From Bugula neritina (taxonomy: Eukaryota; Animalia; Bryozoa), in assembly GCA_964035545.1 (NCBI GenBank), contig OZ037765.1:34285504-34349503 (forward strand): a stretch of 64,000 bases of DNA, read 5' to 3'. Positions 49,501 through 62,900 of this stretch are shown here, one piece after another. The first letter of the stretch is position 1. Every line of letters begins with the position of its first letter. The notes below the pieces were generated by a model that had not been told where the DNA came from, ran no database searches, and worked only from the letters and a program-made list of their open reading frames with translations. The position numbers and the translations under genes are program-made.

Positions 49501-51435
49501 TATACTCTACCGGTACATCTGAAGAAGTTATTTCCTCTCTCAACTCACAGTTTTCTACTCAGTGTGTCTCTCTTCGCCTACTAGACTCTGACCAGCTTCT
49601 CATTGCAACATCTCACAGCTCTACGAATACAGGCTAGTATAGTTTACCTTTTCTGAAGATGATTGTTCTAGTAAAGTAGTTCTACTGTAACTGTATGCCT
49701 CCTTCACTTGAATATGAGTAGATGTAAGCCAATCAGTGTAGCTGCTCTCATAGCACCTGTTTAGACGTGTCACAGCTCAAGTATGGTGACATATGCTGGT
49801 CTTGTAGGTGTCTTACTTATATTTAGTATCAAGTTCAGAACTACGAGGGTTCTAAAGAGTCTGGACAGTGAGCTCTACGGTGATAAACCTGTGACTCTTC
49901 TACCTCTATACATACTGACTCACACGGAGAGCTCATTGCAGGCTCACTCATATAAGTACAGCAAGTTGACACTAAGGAGCATGATGGGCAGTTTGAGACT
50001 GCCTGCTGATTCTGAGTTGGTAAGTCACCAGGTTATTAAGCGAGTTACCAGGTTATTCAGTGAGTTACCAGGTTATTCAGTGAGTCACCAGGTTATTCAG
50101 TGAGTTACCAGGTTATTCAGTGAGTTACCAGGTTATTCAGTGAGTTACCAGGTTATTCAGTGAGTCACCAGGTTATTCAGTGAGTTACCAGGTTATTATT
50201 CAGTGAGTTACCAGGTTATTCAGTGAGTTACCAGGTTATTCAGTGAGTTACCAGGTTATTCAGTGAGTTACCAGGTTATTATTCAGTGAGTTTCCAGGTT
50301 ATCCAGTGAGTCACCAGGTTATTTAGTGAGTCACCAGGTTATTCAGTGAGTCACCAGGTTATTCAGTGAGTTACCAGGTTATTCAGTGAGTTACCAGGTT
50401 ATTCAGTGAGTCACCAGGTTATTCAGTGAGTTACCAGGTTATTATTCAGTGAGTTACCAGGTTGTTCAGTGAGTTACCAGGTTATTCAGTGAGTCACCAG
50501 GTTATTCAGTGAGTTACCAGGTTATTATTCAGTGAGTTTCCAGGTTATCCAGTGAGTCACCATGTTATTTAGTGAGTCACCAGGTTATTCAGTGAGTCAC
50601 CAGGTTATTCAGTGAGTTACCAGGTTATTCAGTGAGTTACCAGGTTATTCAGTGAGTTACTAGGTTATTCAGTGAGTTACCAGGTTATTCAGTGAGTTAC
50701 CAGGTTATTATTCAGTGAGTTTCCAGGTTATTATTCAGTGAGTTTCCAGGTTATTCAGTGAGTCACCAGGTTATTCAGTGAGTTACCAGGTTATTATTCA
50801 GTAAGTTACCAGGTTATTCAGTGAGTCGCCAGGTTATTCAGTGAGTTACCAGGTTATTCAGTGACTTACCAGGTTATTCAGTGAGTCACCAGGTTATTCA
50901 GTGAGTTACCAGGTTATTCAGTGAGTTACCAGGTTATTCAGTGAGTTACCAGGTTATTCAGTGAGTTACCAGGTTATTCAGTGAGTTACCAGGTTATTCA
51001 GTGAGTTACCAGGTTATTCAGTGACTTACCAGGTTATTCAGTGAGTCACCAGGTTATTCAGTGAGTTACCAGGTTATTCAGTGATTGCATTGCTGTGATT
51101 TTAGTTTGAGGTTTAAGAATTGCTTTTTTTTCAATCTTCTCCAACACCCGAGAGTACGTATCAACCTAATTTGTGTTTTATAGAATTATCCTCCAGTCTG
51201 ATTTCACCATGGATGTTGATTCCAAAGGAGATGCTGGAGTTGCCCTTCACTGCCCACTGGACCAGCTCTGAAGGTGTGTTTATATGTTTTCAGTAGAGTC
51301 TAGTTTGGCTGAAGCAGAATCTCACCAAGTCCTCTGCACCATAAAACTAATTTATCCTCTGATGAGTTTCTAGGCTCTTCTCAGAATCTAGTCATTTATA
51401 TTCTACTTCGAGAGTATTGAATAAATGGCAGCAAG
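46557..51435 (+). pseudogene. NOL11: NOL11-like pseudogene, unit C
   Basis: Same exons as units A/B; 16-nt deletion at ~48700 frameshifts exon 3. Confidence 0.65.
50020..51083. repeat. 20-bp minisatellite, unit C
   Basis: Seen directly. Confidence 0.95.
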
Positions 51436-52313
51436 TAATGATGAAGTTAGTTAAACTCAGAACTCTTTCAGAGAATGTATGAATTCACTCTAACAGGTGG
51501 AGTTATTCCCCCATGTCTCAATATGTATTACATGTGTCCACTTTCTCATTTCCTGATATATTCTACACAGTTCTCCTCGGTTTCTTAATCCCAGCTGCTG
51601 AAACTATTTTCTGCAGGCTGGTTGGGAGTTGGCAGTGTGGTGTTGCTATGTGATAGTGTGTTGCTAGGTGATGCTGTGTTGCTAGGTGATGATGTGTTAG
51701 GTGATAGTTTGTTGCTAGGTGATAGTGTGTTGCTAGGTGGTAGTGTGTTCGTAGGTGATGATGTGTTGCTAGGTGATAGTGTTTTGTTAGGTGATGCTGT
51801 GTTGCTAGGTTACAGTGTGTTTCTAGATGACAGGGTGTTGCTAGGTGATGCAGTGTAGTAACTAACTGTACTATTGAAGGGAGACACCTTGGAGTATTTA
51901 TATGTTTGACTCACTGTTACAAGTTCATAGGACTTGCTTGATATCATGTGCAAGTCCTTTGAAGTTGACTTCTGAGTTGACAGAACAGTAAACCACCAAC
52001 TCAGTCACATGACTACACTCTACTCAGTAGTAATCTGTACTAGAATATATTCTATCATTACATCTCAATACTCACATCTACTGTTTAGTACACCAACACT
52101 AACAACAGGCATTACATGTATTTAGTTATTTGTATTATGTAATTAGTGAGTGACATTGACCTTGCAACTATCCAACAGTTTAGTACACTTGAACTTGAAA
52201 GTTGTTGTTTTGTCATTATCTAAGTTTTCTTTGCTGTAAGTTAAACATAGAGATCTGTTAGAATTCAAAATTTTATAAAATACTTCAAGATAACTTGACC
52301 TTGTCACCACTCT

Positions 52314-54807
52314 CTCTCTCTCTCTCTTGCAGTCAGTCGATACGGCTATGACTGTTTTATGGATTAAGCTTAGATTTGGTTGCAGCTCTCCACGCAGCTC
52401 TGTTGTCAGCTGTCTGCTGCCATGAACTCAAGTTTATTGCTCTCCATTTCATATTCCTCTTAGCAACATCTTTAAGTCTGAGTCTAGGTTGCCCTGTACT
52501 TCTTTTACCCTTTTTCAGCTGAGAGTAGAGCAATTGCCTTGGTAGCCGGCTATGTTCCATCCTGTGCACATGGCCTAGCCATCTCAAGTTCTTTTCTATA
52601 AGGATGTCGGCCATGCTTGGCAAATTGGCACGTCTTAATATTTCTTCATTCGTAACTTTGTCATACCATTTTACAGCCATTATGTCTCTCAGTTGCCTCA
52701 TCATGAAGGCGCTTAGCTTCTTCACCTGTGTCCTGTATATTGTCCATGTTTCTGCTCCATACAGCAGGCTTGAGAGCACCACCGCTCTGTAGACTTTACA
52801 CTTTACCCTGATGGATACGTGCCTGTTGTTCCAGAGTCTCTGCTGCAGCTTACCGTAAGCCGCACTTGCTTTGCCTAATCTGTTCCGTAGCTCTTTATCT
52901 ATTTTTGCCGTACAGGAAACAGTACTTCCTAGATAAGTAAAGTTTGAGGCAAGTACAACTGGTTCTTGATCTATCATGACAACTTCAGGTTCAGGTGGAG
53001 GGTGGATGAGTTTGATTGGCTGGTACATGCATTCTGTCTTTTTTATGTTGATTTTTAAGCTAAACTGAGCCGCTGCTTTTGCAAAGTTGTTCACTAGCAC
53101 CTGCATATCTGCAGCGCAATGTGCCACCAAAGCACTGTCATCAGCAAACAACATCTCTCTGACTAGGTGTTTGGTGGTACGGGTCTTAGACTTGAACTGA
53201 GCCACATCAAAGAGGTCAGCCCCATGTCGAGTTTGAATATAAATCCCTTCATTTACATTTTGAAATGCCACCTCAAGCATAGCGGTCAAGTATAATGAAA
53301 ATAGTGTTGGCGCAAGAACACACCCCTGCTTGACACCATTGGTTACTGCAAACTCATTTGAAGCATCTCTACCTTGCACTACCTTGGCTTGCATGCCTGC
53401 ATGAAGAGCTTTTATCAGGTTGGTGACCTTCTCAGTTAAGCCAAACTTCTTCAGTACCCTCCAGAGGCCATCTCTTGATACTGTATCAAAGGCTTTTGTA
53501 AAGTCTATAAATACAGCATACAGCTCCATGTTTTGTTCAGCACATTTTTCTTGAATTTGGCGAAAGCTAAATATCATATCAATGGTGCTCCTGCTGTTTC
53601 GAAAGCCACACTGTGTTTCTGGGAGTATTCCTGGAGTTATATTTACATTGATTTTGTTGAGGATGATACGGGCCATAATCTTTCCAGCTATAGACAAAAG
53701 CGAGATTCCTCTATAATTACCACAGTCCTTCCTACTACCCTTTTTAAAAATGGGCACAATTTTCGCATTTTTCCAGTTCTGTGGCATCTTTTCATTACTC
53801 CATATATAAGCAATCAGATCATATAGTCTCTCTTTAAGCCTGATTCCACCGTACTTCCACACCTCAGCTGGAATGCCACATTCTCCAGGAGATTTATTCT
53901 CCTTGGTTGCATCTATAGCATCCAGAAGCTCATCAAAACTTGGCATATCGTCTAGGCTTAAATTGGGTGGCATATTTGTGAGACTATTGAGAGCTTCCTG
54001 ATCCACTTCCCCTGGTACATTCAGCAACAGGTCAAAATGTTGGGCGAACCTTTTTAAGGTATCATTCTTTGCTGTAAGTACTGTTTTACCACTTTGGTCC
54101 AGCAATTGGGCGATTCCCCTGTTCTGTGGCCCATAGACTTCTCTAAGGCCATTGTAAAATGCCTTCATGTTGTTTTTATCAGCTGCCTGTTGGAGTTATT
54201 CTGCTTTTTCCTCCCACCATTGAGACTTTTTCTCTCGAGTGTATTGTTGCAACTTGCTGCGTGCTTGCGCTAATCGGTCAGTGCTACTTCTTGTTCTTCT
54301 CTGTAGTGCTTTTGATTTAGCCTTATTTCGTTCATTAAGTAATGCGTTCAGCTTTGCATCATTGTCATCAAACCAATCTTGATGCTTTCTTTCTGCTCTA
54401 CCTAAGACTTTGGTAGCTGTGTTGAAGGCTGAGATCTTTAACCTTCCCCATCTCTCTTCTAAGGTTACACCATCATCATCTCTATAGTCCATTGCCTTAT
54501 CCATCTGTTTCTGAAACTCCTGTAGCATATCCTGATTTTGTAGTTTCCCCACATTGAGTTTGCATGCGGAGTTCCCTCTTGTCTTGTTCTTTGCTTTCCT
54601 TAATGCAAATGCTAGCTTGGACCTGATCATGGTATGGTCAGTTGAGCAATCAGCACCTCTCATTGCCCTAGTATCTAGCACATCATTCTGGTCTTTCCGT
54701 CTTGTAATCACATAATCGAGGAGGTGCCAATGCTGAGAACGTGGGTGCATCCAGGTGACTTTATGATGCTGCCTGTGCTTAAATACTGTGTTCGTGATAA
54801 CAAGCTG
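52314..54807 (-). mobile_element. 5'-truncated RTE-clade LINE (APE C-terminus + reverse transcriptase)
   Basis: ORFs 54196-54750 and 52357-54168 are in one frame split by a single TAA. Motifs HPRSQHWHLLDY, NYRGISLLS, QGCVLAPTLF, EMLFADD. (GA)n 3' tail and CTCT duplication; absent at the matching site in units A/B. Confidence 0.92.
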
Positions 54808-54906
54808 CTCTAATACTTATAAAACTGAAGTAATATTTATGCTGTATTATACGAATAGAGACATTTAATCTATTTGATTACATCCTATTACACATCTATA
54901 CTACTT

Positions 54907-55694
54907 CATGGGGCTGCCACACTACAGTCGAAACGGCCATCTTGAACGCGTTTTCGAGGCTAAGCGATGACCTCTGTGAAGTCACAACTGTCTGATTTCT
55001 GAACGCAACTGTCAGTTTTTAGCGATGAGAGTTCGACATGTTGAACTGTCATCGCTGAAGTTGAGCGATCAGCCAATCACTGACTGGCCAGGTAAGCCTT
55101 GATTGGTTAAGTGCTTTTACTTTTTCCACATGCTGCTAGCGAGCATTATTATTTGATTTGGTTCTTCGAAAATTATATTATTTTACTTTTAAAATAATTA
55201 TGATGAAGTTATGTATGAAATTTTTAATAAATTATGAAAATAAGCATTTATTAGACAAATTTTGCTGAATTTTATCTGCATATTTAGTTTTTCTAATTTG
55301 ATTGAATTTTATTAGCGTACTATTTAGTTCTTTGGGCTGGTGAATGAGCTTGAATAAAGCTAGGTAATCTGATTAAATAAAGCTAGTAATTTTGAATAAT
55401 TGAAGTTAGTAAATTAAAATAAAAATAACTAGTAAATCTTATTAAATTATGCTAGTAATTCTCAATATATTGCGTTAAATTGGATTGTTGGTTACTGTGG
55501 ATACTGCAGAAACTGAGTTATAGCATTCCTATTGGTTAAAAGTTTACTGCGGGGCTAGAGACAGTTAGCTTTCATTGTTCGTAGTGAACTGTAGTGTGAC
55601 CAGCAAAAAGTAGGACGTGACGTTGAAGGTATGCGCGAGCAGCTCCAAAATGGCCGCCACAGTCGAGTTTCGACTGTAGTGTGTCATGGGCATA
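54907..55694. mobile_element. Harbinger-like MITE
   Basis: Inverted ends CACACTACAGTCGAAAC / GTTTCGACTGTAGTGTG; absent at the homologous site ~6085. Confidence 0.65.
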
Positions 55695-58113
55695 ACTCAC
55701 ATCCTTCTCTACTCACAGGATTATAAACAATGAAGAGTTGCTAACCACAGCCATTATTATTTATTTGTTACAATTTCAAGGTCAACCAGAGGGTAAAGCA
55801 GTGCAATGAATAAACTGCATCTGAGTTCAGAGCTGGAAATGACAGTTTTATATCTCATATATTTTCTTTTATTATTCTATAAGGATAATTATCTTACTAA
55901 TCATTGATTTAAATTTATTCTAATTGTCAAAAATCACTCCTACTTGAAATGAATTATATAGGAAATATTGAAAGATGCTCACTAAACTAGATTGAATAGT
56001 GTTGGGGTGCCAACATGCAAGAATAGTGTTTCCTGTTTGGGTATCAGTGAGCTTCATATATACTGCAAATTGTGAAAGAAGCAGGTGCTGTTACTCTACT
56101 ATAAAGAGACTGCTCTTCACAGTGATATGTCAATTACATAACTTTTAGTCTTTAAGAAATGCTCCCTCTGTATCTTATGGTTCAAGAGAAGGGCTTGGAC
56201 TCTGTTTTGTGGCTGATTATATTACATGTGTGCATAGGATCAAAATGGCTAAATTTACTATCAGTGAGTTAGTTCTGGAATATTACTACTTCATGGGTCT
56301 AGACTTCAGGACCCCAGCCTATATTTCAACCCCTAGATACTAATAATTATTTGCTTATTGGAACCAGTAATATGGTGGCTTACTTATAAAGGTTATACAT
56401 TAAATAGATACATGGAAAGACAGAGATTGGTGTGTCCCACAAGGCTAGTTTTGCATGTTGGTATCTCATTACAGATAATACTATTAGTACTTTGCTTTTA
56501 TTAGTCTATAATTATCATTTTAATATATACATTGATTCACTCAAACTTTATTTGGAGAAATTAGCATTTAAATCAGCAAAAATAGTCCTCCAAATAGCTA
56601 TAATAGATGAGAGGTTAGTTTGTAGGCAACACAGCTACTGTTTGAGTTACTCATAAAGCTAATGTAGAGGAATTCATGATAATATGTCTTCATAAAGATG
56701 CAAAGGTATTAGGGCTAGTAGCTGGACCAGTATTAGGGCTAGTAGCTGGACCAGTATTAGGGCTAGTAGCTGGACCAGTATTAGGACTAGTACCAGGGCT
56801 AGTATTAGGACTAGTAGCTGGACCAGTATTAGGACTAGTACCAGGGCCAGTATTAGGACTAGTACCAGGGCCAGTACCAAGGGGACTAGTAAGGCTACTG
56901 CTATGCATTTTCCGCTGTGTATGCAGACAAATTCTAAATGATTTAAACCATCACAGTTGTTAGCCTAGACATAAATATTTTAACCATAATAATAATAATG
57001 GAGAAAGGTTGTGTTTTAGATAAGAAAAACATGTTACTGTTACAATATAAGGTTCTACTAACTCAACAGTCTGTAATAAAGTGTCACTCCAATAGCCAAT
57101 ATCCAAGCCATACAAGCTGGTAGGAAATCTGGACGCTTGTAAGGCAGTTAGCCAAACACCTCAGGTTAGCTTGTAGATTATCTACTAAAGACTATAAACC
57201 ACATTATATTCCATGCCCTCCTTTTTATAGAGATGAACTACAGTATATGCCAGCCGTAATAATTCCAGTGGTTTATAGCTTTATTACTGTAGAACCAAGA
57301 CTAGAAGAACATAAACATATCATCTGCCTGCAGGTTTGACCAGCTTGAAAAACCCAGCTATTACCAAAAGCTTCAAATAAAGCTAAAGCAGAAATATGCT
57401 TTCTAAAGTTTCCTCATTAAAAAAGTTTCTGGAGGGAATCTTTGGAGTTGTAAAGTCATAAACAGAGTACCTTTAGTGACAGATTCCATGAATCCATTTA
57501 ATTAATTGCTTTGACTTATATATTTGTATTATCTCTTAACATAATCTTATGAAATGTTTTACATATTATAATAACAGTAAGTATATACTATATAATAACA
57601 ATAAGTATATACTATATAGTAATACAAAGTACATACTATATAATAATAGTAAGTATATACTATATAATAATAATAAACTCTCTCCATAGGTCATGATTCA
57701 TTCTCACAAGATTCCATATAGATCATGAAAAGGGCAAGGACCCTGTGTTTTGTCTTTTTTCTTATGTGTACTTGTTTATGCATGTGTGTTTAGGGACAAA
57801 AACAGTAAATTCAAATATCAGGAATTATATTACAAACAAGTTGAGCATAACTTGTGTATCACAGCTACGCGTATTCGCCTATTCTTATAGCCATCATCAT
57901 ATCAGCTAACGAAGCTTTTCATTATACCAGCATGTTCACATATCTTCACATTTCTCACTGGTTATAGGCAGTATACACGTAGCTAATTTGTCAACTGCAA
58001 AGGTACTATATTATAAACTAGAACTAATACCAAAGAGTATACATAGCTTGAGTGAATATCATTATTCTAAATGTGTCTAACGTCAATACCGAAGAGCATA
58101 ATTTCAACAACCT

Positions 58114-58301
58114 ATCACGTGATCATATAAACACTATTACTTGCAGTGCAGCACTAACTAGCACACACTAAGAGGGAAGTCACTTATCCCTTCCTAGACA
58201 TAGTGAGAAGATAATCAAGTTAGTTTATGGAGAATATTATGTAACATGTGCAGATGGTGAAGAGTATCTCAACTCACCTGCTGACTTCATTTTAATTCAC
58301 T
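58114..58301 (+). promoter_or_regulatory. Putative core promoter / 5'UTR exon, unit C module 1
   Basis: ATCACGTGAT 58114-58123, TATAAA 58126-58131, donor at 58302. Confidence 0.45.
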
Positions 58302-58686
58302 GTAAGTACAATTTATTTATTATATAAATGTAAGTGACTTGACAGTTAGTCCACTTTAGTGCTGTGTGGGCCCATAATGAGTAAATTTAGGTTGAATATG
58401 GACACATCTACAGAGTTGATTAACCTGAAAATGAAGAGAATTTAACATTTATTTGATGCTATAAAATTTCTCAGTACATCATCTTACAGGTGTTACTTGA
58501 TTTTACATCCTTTCTAGAGTATATTATATGATATAACTATATGGCTGGCACATGGTATCAGTAGAGATATGTTACAGGAATGTCAAAAGCTAGCTTTAGT
58601 TTCTAGTATTCTACCATGTATATAGTTGTTACAGATGAGAATGAAGACTATTGAATACAACTAGAGCTGTAACCTGTGACTACAGG

Positions 58687-58705
58687 ATGGGTCAAAGTGA
58701 ATCAA
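58687..58705 (+). CDS. First coding exon MGQSES of a further paralog (no downstream exon before the next module)
   Basis: Same context as 9028 and 35429 (ctacagg ATG GGT CAA...TCA A|gttagt), 18 nt shorter. Confidence 0.55.
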
Positions 58706-59078
58706 GTTAGTAAATCATATAAATACTACGTAACCATGGTAACTACAGGAATTTCATACTTTATTTTTATGTGTTATGACATTCAGGTGCAGTAGTGATG
58801 AAGTTGAGATAGCCTAAGTCTTTATTGTTCATAACAAATTATACGATGGGTGTGCAGGTTTACATTCTCACGAGAACATAACTTCTTTTGCTACATTTCT
58901 GATCTAGAAGCACATGCGATTTTCTTTTGTCATTGCATTGCACTATTTGGACCACAACTGAGTAATATATTTCTCGTGTTTATTATATAATGTTATATAT
59001 TATATATTATATAATATTATATACTGATTGTTAGTTATAATGATTTAGTCTCACCCATGTATTTCTATATACAGTGTT

Positions 59079-59848
59079 TGTTTGTTTGTTTTATTTTGTC
59101 GTAGTTGGAGAAAAAAAATTAATTGAGAAAAAATAAACAAAATGACAGGGCCTATGGCGCAATAGCACTGTAGCTAGTCGAGGCGCCGAGCCATGAATGG
59201 TTGACAGTTATATAAGATTTTTGTTTAGGTTTTTGGAAGTTTTTAGCAACTCAAAGAGTTTTATTTTTTTATCTGGAAATTTGCCATTAGGTGGTCTCTC
59301 AGGGCAAATTTGAAACCAGCCTCCCTCTCCACAGCACGAATAGAACTAGGCAATTTATTCCATAGCGACGATCATTGGAATTCCACTCTTCGTTGACCTG
59401 CAGCAGTTGATGATGGAGGAGTTTGTAGGCTGAACTCTGAAAATCTTGTGGGATAGTTATGTGTGAGGTGTGTTAGTTGAGAATAGTAAAGTTTATGTGA
59501 GAGCAGTATTAGTTTGAATTTGTGTAGAGTGTGAATAGGCATGATTGAAGAACTAAGAAACAGTGGTTTAGATGGGGAAAGGTGATGCTTTTTATAGATA
59601 ATTCTCAGTATTTTCTTTTGTAGTAAATGTAATGGTTCAAGATAAATGTTTGCTGCATTACCCCACGATTCTAGGCAATATGTTATCTTAGAATTTACAA
59701 AAGAGTTATATATTTGTATTAGAATTTTTCTAGGTAGGTGATGGGAACATTTACTTATCAAGCCTACTAAGGGCCTTAGGTTTTGACAAGGTTTACTGCA
59801 ATGTTGTTGCCAAGAAAGATGTGAATCTATTATAATACCTAAGAAGGT
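59079..59848 (-). mobile_element. 3' fragment of an L2/CR1-type LINE
   Basis: ORF 59372-59881 (FLGIIIDSHLSW...YCLESWG...LQKKILRII...HNYPTR), (CAAA)n tail, TGTT duplication; empty sites at ~35830 and ~61835. Confidence 0.8.
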
Positions 59849-60882
59849 TGTTGAGTGAGATCTCTTCATTGAAATTCTCATGAGAATATAACTTCTTTCT
59901 TACATTTCTAAACTACAGTTTCATTACTTTGGACCTAGCTCTGTTTTGATCATAGCTGAGTATTATATTGTTATAGTGTTTATATACTATAACTATTATA
60001 CTATAACTATTATACTATAACTATTATACTATAACTATTATACTATAACTATTATACTATAACTATTATACTATAACTATTATACTATGACTATTATACT
60101 ATAACTATTATACTATAACTATTATACTATAACTATTATACTATAACTATTATACTATAACTATTATACTATAACTATTATACTATGACTATTATACTAT
60201 AACTATTATACTATAACTATTATACTATAACTACTATACTATAACTACTATACTATAACTGTTATACTGACTTATACCATATTATATCATGTTATATTAT
60301 ATTATATTATATCATATTATATTATATTATATTATATTATATTATATTATATTATATCATATTATATTATATTATATTATATTATATTGTATTATATTAT
60401 ATTATAACAGGACTTTAGGATTTCTGATCACCTTGACCTTTGACCGCTTTTGACATTTACAATAACTGTTGAGTGTCTTTTCCTAAACCCCCCCAATCCA
60501 AACCTATACCCCCATCCCAACTCCCCAAACTCAATATTGTAAATGTGCCACCTATTAAATGCCATCGACTTTTTCACTGATAGTCTAAACACAATATTCT
60601 CCTAAATTCTGAGAATAGCATGTTTATTGTTATACTCTAATGACTATACTGTAGTTATATTACATGTAAACTGTATACAGTATCATAGCTACATCTATTA
60701 CCAGTCACTATACAGCTATTCACATCTGTCACATCTGTCAACTGCAAGTTTTCCTGTTGGCTGGCTGCCAAATGTCTTCTATAAACTAGAACTGATACCA
60801 AAGAGTATACATAGCTTGAGTGGGTATCATTATTATAAATGTGTCTAAAGCCAATACCAAAGAGCATACATTTCAACAACCT

Positions 60883-61072
60883 ATCACGTGATCATATAAA
60901 CACTATTACTTGCAGTGCAGCACTAACTAGCACACACTAAGAGGGAAGTCACTTATCCCTTCCTAGACTCATAGTGAGAAGATAATCAAGTTAGTTTATG
61001 GAAGATATTATGTAACATATGCAGATGGTGAAGAGTATCTCAACTCACCTGCTGACTTCATTTTAATTCACT
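60883..61072 (+). promoter_or_regulatory. Putative core promoter / 5'UTR exon, unit C module 2
   Basis: ATCACGTGAT 60883-60892, TATAAA 60895-60900, donor at 61073. Confidence 0.45.
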
Positions 61073-61452
61073 GTAAGAATAATTTATTTATTATAAAAAA
61101 TGTAAGTGACTGAAAGGTTAATTTACTTTAGTACCTGTAATGGGAGAAATTGCGTTGACAATAGAGACCTCTTACAGAGTTGATTAACCTCAAAATGAAG
61201 AGAATTTAGCAATTATTTGATGTTATAAAATCTCTCAGTACATCATCTTACAGGTGTTACTTGATTTTACATCCTTTCTAGAGTATATTATATGATATAA
61301 CTATATGGCTGGTATACATGGTATCAGTAGAGATATGTTACAGGAATGTCAATAGCTAGCTTTAGTTTCTAGTATTCTACCATGTATATAGTTGTTACAG
61401 ATGAGAATGAAGACTATTGAATACAACTAGAGCTGTAACCTGTGACTACAGG

Positions 61453-61471
61453 ATGGGTCAAAGTGAATCAA
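61453..61471 (+). CDS. Second tandem first coding exon MGQSES
   Basis: Duplicate of 58687-58705. Confidence 0.55.
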
Positions 61472-61971
61472 GTTAGTAAATCATATAAATACTACGTAAC
61501 CATGGTAACTACAGAACTTTTATATTTTACTTTTATGTCTTATGATATTAAGGTGTAGTAGTGGAGAAATTGAGATAGCCTAAGTTCTTTATTGTTCTTA
61601 ACAAACTATACGTTGGGGTGCAGGTTTACATTCTCACGAGAACATAACTTCTTTTGCTACATTTCTGATCTAGAAGCACATGCGATTTTCATTTTTTTAC
61701 CCTGCACTAATTTTACCACAACTGAATAATATTTTGCTGGTGTTTATTATATAATGTTATATATTATATAATACTATATACTGATTGTTAGTTATATAAT
61801 GATTTAGTCTCACCCATGTATATCTATATACAGTGTTGAGTGAGATCTCTTCATTGAAATTCTCATGAGAACATAACTTCTTTCTTACATTTCTAATCTA
61901 CAGTTTCATTACTTTGCACCTAGGTCTGTATAATTGACAGTAGCTGAGTACTATATTGTTATAGTGCTTAT

Positions 61972-62900
61972 ATACTATAACTATTATACTATAACTATTA
62001 TACTATAACTATCATACTATAACTATTATACTATAACTATTATACTATAACTATCATACTATAACTATTATACTATAACTATTATACTATAACTATTATA
62101 CTATAACTATTATACTATAACTATTATACTATAACTATTATACTATAACTATTATACTATAACTATCATGCTATAACTATCATACTATAACTATTATACT
62201 ATAACTATTATACTATAACTATTATACTATAGCTATTATACTATAACTATTATACTATAACTATTATACTATAACTATTATACTATAACTATTATACTAT
62301 AACTATTATACTATAACTATTATACTATAACTATTATACTATAACTATTATACTATAACTATTATACTATAACTATTATACTATAACTATTATACTATAA
62401 CTATTATACTATAACTATTATACTATAACTATTATACTATAACTATTATACTATAACTATTATACTATAACTATTATACTATAACTATTATACTATAACT
62501 ATTATACTATAGCTATTATACTATAGCTATTATACTATAACTATTATACTATAACTATTATACTATAACTATTATACTATAACTATTATACTATAACTAT
62601 TATACTATAACTATTATACTATAACTATTATACTATAACTATTATACTATAACTATTATACTATAACTATTATACTATAACTATTATACTATAACTATTA
62701 TACTATAACTATTATACTATAACTATTATACTATAACTATTATACTATAACTATTATACTATAACTATTATACTATAGCTATTATACTATAGCTATTATA
62801 CTATAACTATTATACTATAACTATTATACTATAACTATTATACTATAACTATTATACTATAACTATTATACTATAACTATTATACTATAACTATTATACT
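61972..62900. repeat. 14-bp minisatellite (TATACTATAACTAT)n; also ~35963-36135 and ~59983-60268, each followed by (TATTA)n
   Basis: Seen directly. Confidence 0.95.
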
